A stretch of 64,000 nt of DNA from Paraspadella gotoi (lineage: Eukaryota; Animalia; Chaetognatha), in the NCBI GenBank assembly GCA_051294375.1, contig CM119270.1:8729213-8793212 (forward strand), in the 5' to 3' direction. The position numbers were made by a program, and so were the translations under genes. How positions within the stretch are numbered: the stretch's first letter is position 1; each line of letters starts with the position of its first letter. Under the pieces are notes generated by a model, which was not told where the DNA came from, made no database searches, and saw only the letters and a list, made by a program, of their open reading frames with translations. Positions 55,252-64,000 of the stretch are shown piece by piece.

Positions 55252-56812
55252 AACGACGACATCGGCCGCGGTTCCAAAGTCAACAAAAGAATTTCTGTCG
55301 ATCGAAAATTCTTTGTTCGAAATCGGGAAATTGAATTCGCTTGGGTCTCCTCCTTCGCCGCCCAGGTCCGGGAAGGCAAACGCCGCTGAAGCGACTACGC
55401 CTGACGCGGCCTCAGCACCTGCCGCAACAGCCGCCGCTCCCGCAGCATCAGACGTTTTTTCTCGAGAAGTCAAGTCGGTTGAGAACGAAGTTACTCCGTC
55501 GAAATTATCCCATCCATCGGAAAAAAACAATTGTTCACTTTCGCGTTCTTCTTTTCGTTCTCCTTCCCGTTCTCCTTCCCGTTCTCCTTCCCGTTATCCT
55601 CGTTCTCTTTCGCGTTCCCCGCGAAGAGAAGCGTCTACGGTTTACGGAGAGATGAACGGCGCTGTCTCGGAAGGGCTCTTCGGTTTTCGTCTTCGGGGGA
55701 ATGGAGACGCGAGGGGAAATGGTGGTCACGGCAAAGGTGAGTTTCTTTGGTCGGGTATTTTGTCTTTCATAGGGACAGGGTCATTTCAATCGAATTTTCG
55801 TTAGTTAATGAAAGAATATTAAATAAAATTCCAAACAAAAACTTGGACCTTCCAGACTCTCCTCGACGCGGGAAAAAAAGCGCCGACCAACGATCGTCCA
55901 GATTTGGGGCCGAAAAAAGCGCCGAGAAAAACTCCGACATAAATGGTTTTCCGGCGGATAACAAGGAAGTTCCGGAAATGGAATCCGGGGCCTCCGTCGA
56001 CGACTCACCCGCGGTTCCATCTCGATCGCGCCGTGGAATTCCCCGAGGGCGATCGTCGTAAAAGGAACCAAGAGAAGCAGCACGAAACGAATAACGACAA
56101 CAACAACAACAACAACACAGCGACCAACTCTTTCGTTGCGCCGACATCAACGGCGACGGATTTTTGGATCCCAAAGAAATCCACAACATTTGCGGGGAAG
56201 ATCTGAACTGAGGACGACATCAAGAACGTTTTCAAGTGGGTGGTGGTTGGTTGGTGGTGGTGGGATGGGTGGACGTCGTGGTTTTAAACGAGCGGTGGGA
56301 ACGGGATCGGGGAAAGTTGGTTCACAAGAGTTAAATGGTTTTGCATCACCAGTGCCCAAATGGCCTCGGTGGCTGGGAAAATCGAAAACCTTTATGAGAC
56401 CTTGTAAGAAAAGCAATAATAAACTGACTGGGCCATTCTTAAATGGAGCAAACTTGTTTTTTTTACCTTTAAGAAAATAATGTTTATTAATTAATACGAT
56501 GTCCAACTCGAAATATCATTCATTATCATTTATAATTCAACATATTTCCCTTTCTTTTTATTTCCATATCATTGTGATGATATATATATTTAAAAAAAAA
56601 CTGAAACTGCAATTGTTCTAAAAACGGTTGAGGTCTAAAATTCTAAGTTAATGCATTCAAACACTCACTTCATTCCCCTTACAACTTCCTAATTTTTCAT
56701 GAAAAAAGTGAGTGAAATTTTTATTTGTTCTTGAAAATTTTAACGTGGAAAATCCTCGACTGCCTCAAACAAACCTGTGAATTATTACTTCGCAAAGACG
56801 TAAACAACTTGT

Positions 56813-56843
<31 letters not shown>

Positions 56844-58195
56844 TTTCCTTCTCGATTCACCCAAATTCGAATCGCCCCACCTGTTGTCTCCTCCAGGGGA
56901 CTTTGGCTTCAGGGGGGGAGTCAGGGGGGTGTTGGGTGTGTAGACAGAGGGTTTCGTTGTTTCGATTCGATGATTTTATTTATTAATTTTTTTTTCGAAT
57001 TTCGAGTTCGATTCAAAAAAATCGATTTGAATCATCGGTTACTATTTTTTTTTATTCTCACCTGTTTGTGATTTTACCTAATTTTTTTTATTAATTCATT
57101 CATAGATTTATTATTTTTAGCTATTAATTACGTATTAATTTCGGGATAGTTGACAAACCTTACGCCAAAAGTGCGAGTAAGTTAGTTTCAACAAGTTTTT
57201 CATTTTAAGTACATTTTCGGTCTGACATTTGTAAATTTTGTTAGTCTTTTACGGCATAAAAATTATTCGCCCTTTTTTTCTCTTGAGTCAAGGCGGTTCC
57301 GTTTTCTTGAGGACAAAAACGACCGACGAGAATTCGTTTTAAAATCGTTAAAATCGCTTTGGATCGATTGAGGCCCTTTGCAAGCACGCGACGTCAATGG
57401 CCTGCTCATTGCTCTAATCTCCAACCATTTACTTAACGACTATCTTGAAGCTGATTAGCATGGTTGATTGATTTGATTGATTTGATTGATTTGATTGATT
57501 TGATTGATTTGATTGATTTGATTGATTTGATTGATTTGATTGATTGGAGAGCCGTTCAAAGATATAGATTCCATTTTCTCGTCAACGATCTAAGTTCTTT
57601 CTCTCTGCCCGGAAATGTCTCATGAAGTTCCTGCAAAATCATCTCATGATTGTCAAAGAATTTTTGAAGAGACAAAGACGCATGATTTATCCTCTCCTAT
57701 TTTGCAAATAGATCGTAAATAGAAGAGAGATTTCTCTTTTCAGTCACGGCTGGGAAAGCAGGTTCTTTTTCGGAAATGATTGTATACTCAAAAAATTTGT
57801 TAGCAAGACGGACAGAGAAACTCGCGGACAGAGGGATAATCAATCAGACAACGCGACTGTCAAATCGAATATCCCGGAGTGATTGAATTGGTTTTCTTTT
57901 GAACCTTGATTACCTAATATAAATTTGAAGTAATCATTCTCGTAGGTAGAAAAATCGGCTTTTTAACAGTATTTAAAAAAGCGTTGTCGCATCACAGCAA
58001 GCATCTTTTATCTCCCACCCCTATTTGCCACTACCCCATTAATCCTTTTCTCTGATTCAATCCAAATAAATCCCGTCGCGTGAGCCGATCCGCGAGTTGA
58101 GCGTTAATCAAAGGTGACTGGACGAGCTTCAACTCTCTCGTCCTCTCTCTCGCCTTGGATCAAATCGTTTCGCTACTCGAAAACTCGTTCCGGAA

Positions 58196-58241
<46 letters not shown>

Positions 58242-61200
58242 AAAAGCCTCTTTTTTAACCTTGCTGCTTTCCTTTGATTCGCTTATATTTCTTTTTATTT
58301 TCTTTGTTCTTCTTTCGATCGCCTGACAAATTCTTTTAAAGTTTTCCAACGTGTCTTTCTTGCGGATCGAGACTTTACAATCAATCGCGACTTCGTGAAG
58401 CTCGTTATCAACTTGTCAACATTCTAAATTTTAAATTTGTGGTTTGTTAATGAAACACTGGATTTACATTTTTGTTTGAACATTCTTTCCCACTCGACGT
58501 ACGTATTTCATTTGGCCCGAAAAAGTAATTTATTTGACTATAAAAGTACAATTGAATTTGTAACTATTGTCTTCTAATTAATAAAAAAGTTAATAATTAT
58601 AATAATAATTAAAAATAGATTTTCTCTTTATCTTTCAATCAAATTTTGAACTAATCTGACTAAATCCGCTAAACCATTCGTCCATTTTTTTTAGACTGAC
58701 CTTACCATTTTTTGTTCTCTCCGTCCTTTATTTCGTTTCCAACATCCCGAGTCCTTACTCTCGTTCAAACTTTTTCAATTTTTTTCCCATTTCGTAAAAC
58801 TTGATTTCTTTCGACAACAACAACACCCTCTTTCGCAATCGGCGAAGGACAACAACCGAGATCTCAAATTCTTTCCGCCCAAAACTAAACGAGGCGCTAA
58901 ATGATAAAATAAATTAAAAAAAAAGAAAAAGATTGAGAACAGGCTCTCTCCAGTTGGTGTCGACGATTATGACGCTAAACGCAACAACGCCTGTCAATGA
59001 CGTTCGATCTGGAAGTTTAGAAATCGAATCCTGGTTAAAACCTTTTTTTTTTCTTTTACCTTTTTCAAAAATACTCGAGATCGATCGAGTTGACTCTTCC
59101 AGATTTTCTGCGAGACCAAAAATAAATAATAAAAAAAAATACCCACTTGAGATTTGTATAAATTAAATTTTTTTTCTTTCAGTCGCGCAACCAATCACGT
59201 TTTTTTTTGGTTTTGTTTGTTTTTTTTGTTGTTGTTTTTTGTTTTTTTTTGCGCCGTGTCGTTATTCGGTTTTTTCCTACGTTTGTTTTTTTTGTGATCG
59301 AATGGTTATTGAGTCGATCTCGATCTCATTTGCATATTGAACTAATTTTGTATTTTTAAAATTTTTTTTTTACATTGTGATTCTTTTAAAGTTCAAACGT
59401 ACGTAGATTTTTTGGGGCTATGTGATGAGGAAAAGTAATAGCAGGAGAAAGAAAAGAAATTAAAGGAAGAAATCTTACTTTGTATGAAATGTTATCTCAA
59501 CTTATCCATTTCAATCCGTTTTTCAAAAAGGTCCTCGATCGTAATTGCGATGGACGAATCTCCATCGGCGAATTCTCCCGTGGCTTCGCTTCTCTCTTCC
59601 CCGCTTCCTCCTTTCAAACCGAACCCGTCATCGCCGAAGATTCCAGCACTTCCGCTCTCACGGAAAAGGAACTGACGCCGGAACCGCCGCCGACGATGGC
59701 TTCGCCACGACCGGCGCGCAGGCCTGGCAGCCTCGGGGTTCGTCATGGCTGGCAAGGCGGCGACAGCAGCCTCAGCGGCAGCGACGGGATCCACAGAGGA
59801 ATACTCTCCCTGCAGAAGTCTCTCTCACAACAAGAGGATGATTCCGAGGAGTTTCTGCAGCATCTGTCGAAAGGATTGGCCCTGCTTAAATCCCAGGTGG
59901 GACACATAACCTCACAGTTCCCACGTGAGACAATTGGACCATTATAATTTATTTTAATCTGAGAAAGAGCCTATTTTATTAATGTTATATGAAGGAATTT
60001 GTAGTTTATCATAAATTTGATAAACTATTTAAATATCATTTGCATATTGACAATATTATTGAGGTTTTATGTTCGGGAACTAGTGAATATTTATTTCGTG
60101 ACTTTATAATATTATAATATTTATTATTTTTACTTTACAAACATTCATATTTAATTTCCTTTTCCCAATAAATTCCAGGACACCGTGACCGACTTATACC
60201 AAAGCCTTAGCGAATCTGACCAAGCTGTCCTCATGATCAAGTTTGAGACGATGGTGCTCGACGTCGTCGGGACTCTCAACTCCATCAACGATGAGGCCAA
60301 CTTGTTGCGACGAAATCTTTCAATCGAAAAGCAAGAGAAGAACGATCAGGCAAGCGGACTAAGTCGTTGCTCTTGTCGTTTTTCTTCACGTTCTTGTTAA
60401 ACGATTTAACTTAAGTCGTTGATATCTGATTTCTGACTTCTCTTATTTGACTGTCTGTTTATAAACAGATAAATCTCTGAGAATCTCTCCCTTTAACTTT
60501 CTTTTCGGACATATGTAATTGTGAATGCTACGTATTCTTCAACTTTTGTTCTATTTCTTTCGTAGCTGATTTTCGTTATTACGTAGCAGTAGCGGAATTG
60601 TATTGATTTAACGAAATAACCTATGGGACGAAGCGGTTCATTCAGCTGACTGTTCAACGTTCTCTAGATCTTTCTTGTTTCTCCGTTTCTCAGTCCAATT
60701 CTGTCCGTCACTATCTGTCTATCTCCATCTCAATCATCTCTCTCTCCCAACATCTAGATCCGCCGTCTGGAAGAAGAGGTCGAATTGAGCGTGGTCCGCG
60801 CCGAGGCGGAGGCAAGAAAGGACGAGCGGCGCCGGAGCGAGAGAGAGAAGAGGGAATTAAAAGAAAGTTTAGAGACGGAGATCGATCTGCTGAGGGATTC
60901 CGTCAAAAAGCTGCAGGCGAGTGGAGGGTCAGGTCGAATCATTAATTTTCAAAGTAAAAAAAAATTATTAAAAAAAAAAAAAACAATTACAAAATGACAT
61001 AAATTGAGGTTTGAGGAACGAAAAAATGAATAAATTGAAGCCAAAATTCAGCATATATTAAAAGAAAAAAGATAATTAAAAAGTAAAGGACGAAAAAAAA
61101 GTAGAACGTTAGCAGAGAAAGAACCTGCCTTAGTAATAAAATAAGAATTCCCCCCACCTTCCTTCCAATAATTTTAATCTGGTATTTATGCCTTTCTATT

Positions 61201-64000
61201 TATGATCCATTTAAAAAAAAAAAATTGACAAGTTTCTGTCTATGACTTAAAAAAAAAGAGGCAATGGCCTAGTATAAATGTTAGGTACCATAATGATAGT
61301 ATTTACTTTTTTTTTTCATTGCCAAGTTTCTGTCTATGACTAAAAAAAAAAAAAAAAATGGCAAATGGCCTAGTGTAATGCTAATATTCACTCATGATTT
61401 CATTGATATATTTAATACTTTTTCCAATTTGCAATGTCCGCAATGATCCTTAATTGTTTGAATTTATTTTTAGTGCCATTAGTGCAATTTTTCTTGCTCA
61501 ATACTCAATTCCTTCCCCTAGGACGTCGAGCACCGCCCCTTTCTCCACTCCTCCCCATCTCGCCGCGACGACGACGACGACGTCGACCGACTCCGAGTTC
61601 GCGTCGACGAACTCTCCGCCGAAAACCGGACGCTCAGACTCAACGCCCTCCACGCGGAGACCAACGAGGCCTTGCTCAAGAGCGAGGTGGCGAGGTTGCT
61701 CATGGAGGTTCAGGTGAGGAAGATGGTGGCCACTGGCATGGGGAAGCAAGGCTGCTCTTGAATGTTCAGTTGAAGGAGACGAGAAAGTTGTCAGACTGGA
61801 TGAGTAGCCATGCCTTTCTCTAAAGCAAAATGACCTGACACTTGTTAAAGTTCGAGCTGAAGGAAAATCAGAATATTGGCTAAATGGGTAAGTTGACCCC
61901 ACAGCTAGTATCCAGTCATTGAGAGAGGAATTCGAATTTAAGTTGAAATCGAGCCCGTTTCAAAGAGATACGTTGTTAAACATTCTTTTCATTCTTGAAA
62001 AAACTGGTCAGTCGAGGTGACATTGCGTCAAAGACTAGATAATTGCTTTCCAATCAACTCGCTCTCTGTTTTTTCCAGTCTGTAGTTCGTTAGTAAGGAA
62101 AATATTTTTGTCATTTCTCTCTCGCTCTCTCTTTCTCTCCCGCTCCCGCTCCCGCTCCCGCTCCATTCTCCCCCACCCCCTCTAGTTACATTCAATTATG
62201 GTCATTTTGGTATAATATGTTTAGTCCAAGTCTAGACCGGGGAGGAAATTAAACAAATTACAGGAAGCACAGGGTCAAAAATATAATTTAATCTAGAACT
62301 CTGTTCGAGTAAGCACTAACAGAGAATAGTCGTTTCCGTTGTATTTAAAAATATAGATTGATACATACTGTAAATTTACTCTGACAAATTCTATTGAAGA
62401 TAATAAAAGAAGGAACGTTTTTGATGCTGAGGTTTCAAGTTTTTATCTATTCTGAATTTATTTATTATGTTTATTTCAATATTGTATTGATATGCGATCG
62501 TTAAATCAGGAACGCGAGCGCGAGCTCCATCGCGAGAGCCAACTCCACTCGTCCAGCGCGCAGGAGCAAGAGGCGCTCCGACGCGAGATGGGCGCCCTGA
62601 AGAACGTCAACCAACGCCTGCACGACGCCAATGACGAACTTCGCGAGACGCTAGTGGCGTCTCCGATGCAACCGCGTCATTCGTCACATCGTGGGCGTGG
62701 ACAAACAGAAAGCGGCGTGGTCCTTGGCAACGGCGCCGCTGGCGCGGTTAGCAACCCAGAAAGTGACGCTGATCCTCCGCGCCGCGGATCCCTTTTTGAA
62801 GAGATGACTATCAAAGCGGCGTCGGCGCCGGCAGCGGCGACGGCGCCGCCATCGCGATCTCTCGGTCTCTCGCCGGAATCTGAAGTGGTGGCCGACCTCC
62901 TTGCCCGTGACCGCGCCCTCAGCGACTCCGACGGCGTTTTTCGCCCCAACGAATCTAACAACAACAACAAGGGCAATGAGACGCTCCTCGACGGCCGCGC
63001 CAACGCTATCAACGACGTCGTCGACGCCAGAGTCCAGGACTTCGTCTCCAACTCCTGCTCCAACCCTCACCCCAACAACTACGCCGACTCTGGTTTCGAC
63101 GACGGACCCCAAGGCCTCGCCGACGGCGTCGTCGTCGCAGCCGGCACGGCGACGGCGCCACGGTTCGACGAGGAACTCATGAGTAAATTGCAGCGTCTTC
63201 AGCTCGGAGACGAAGCGCCGGTGTCGCCGACGCCGCACTTGGACGTCTCTACGGACAAAGAGGCGGAGAAGACGCCGTCGCAGAGGTCGTCGTCCTTGCG
63301 TCGATCGATTCGAAGGTCGTTGAGGTGGATCGCGCCGTCGAGATCGCCCGGGGAGATGAGCTCAACGCCCTCGAGTCCCAGGTCTGAATACGGGAGAGGA
63401 TTTGGAGCGAGATGGGTGACCGCTCGAGGGTTTTAGCTTTTCTGAATGCTTCTCAATTTAACTGAGAATAGGTATTTTTAGTATGAATTGCGTTTGAGTG
63501 ATTATTATTCTTTCTTCATTCTTTGAATCTACATTCATTCATTGTTTCATTAATTAATTAATTAATTAATTCATTCAATCATACATTTCTTTTATTATCT
63601 AATATAAATCATTCCTTGATACCCCACAGGTCGGAATACCAAACGCCATTCTTCAAGACCCCCTTCGCCTCTTTCCACAACTCCTTCCGAAGCAAAAGAT
63701 CTTCTACTCTTCCCGCGTCAACCTCCTCACCGATTCTCCTGCAGCCGGAGATGCAGCAAATGCAGTCGCAGCAGCGTCCTGCATTGGAGGTTGAGGACGT
63801 GCAGCAGGACAACGTACCCGACAGAATGTTCAAGGTAAGTTCATCGAATGTTTTACTTGTTTAGTTAGTTAGTTAGTTTAGTTAGTCCACAAATTGACCA
63901 AATGCAATCAAGAAAATAAGAACGAGAGTACAGTTTCAAGTGGTGGCTTTACTTATATCGCCTCGTCCTGGAAAAACCCTGCAGGTGGTTTTCGCGGGCG
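54641..64000 (+). CDS. RASEF: RASEF/Rab45: EF-hand, coiled-coil and Rab GTPase protein, 3'-partial
   Basis: Exons 54641-55736, 55805-~56236 (frameshifted; EF-hand DINGDGFLDPKE), 59531-59896 (EF-hand DRNCDGRISIGE), 60179-60349, 60758-60916, 61522-61713, 62510-63381, 63630-63834, 63985-end. Coiled-coil segments RKDERRRSE...ETEIDLLRDSVKKL, DELSAENR...ETNEALLKSE and NQRLHDANDELR parallel human RASEF (RKDEKRKAE, ETEVGDLQVTIKKL, NRKLHDSNDGLR). The Rab domain begins PDRMFK|VVFAG at the window end. Confidence 0.88.
57463..57546. repeat. (GATTGATTT)n 9-bp tandem repeat
   Basis: About 9 units, intronic. Confidence 0.9.
61225..61383 (+). repeat. ~60-bp imperfect direct repeat in a RASEF intron
   Basis: TTG(A/C)CAAGTTTCTGTCTATGACT-polyA-GGCAA(A)TGGCCTAGT occurs at ~61225 and ~61319. 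Confidence 0.75.

Noticed and set aside
61740-61915. Decayed transposon ORF in a RASEF intron
   Set aside because: The composition is coding-like with stops, but there is no recognisable motif, terminus or second copy.

Overview
AT-rich, microsatellite-rich genomic DNA from an intron-bearing animal, most likely a non-vertebrate bilaterian (inferred from the receptor sequence; the species cannot be determined from this window). I could splice four multi-exon genes by hand. (1) An estrogen-receptor (NR3A/NR3D-type) gene on + (~124-8005, 5' end outside the window); it keeps the steroid-pocket residues, has a poly-Ala insert in the LBD and a ~335-aa F domain. (2) A convergent SLC16/MCT transporter on - (10752-15550). 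(3) A ~2,000-2,500-aa disordered orphan protein on - (20357-35106, 13 exons) with candidate PKA-anchoring helices and PxIxIT-like motifs. (4) RASEF/Rab45 on + (54641 to the window end), with apparent frameshifts in its first EF-hand exon and two consecutive GC-AG introns. Mobile DNA includes 255-297-bp hairpin-dense solo-LTR-like elements, two with 4-bp TSDs and tRNA-like Pol III boxes (Helenus-like), and a Tc1/mariner-type MITE. A ~3.2-kb tandem duplication near N gaps is probably two haplotypes assembled side by side; it exposes the empty insertion site of one solo LTR. All gene models and family comparisons are manual and from memory; no database searches were run.
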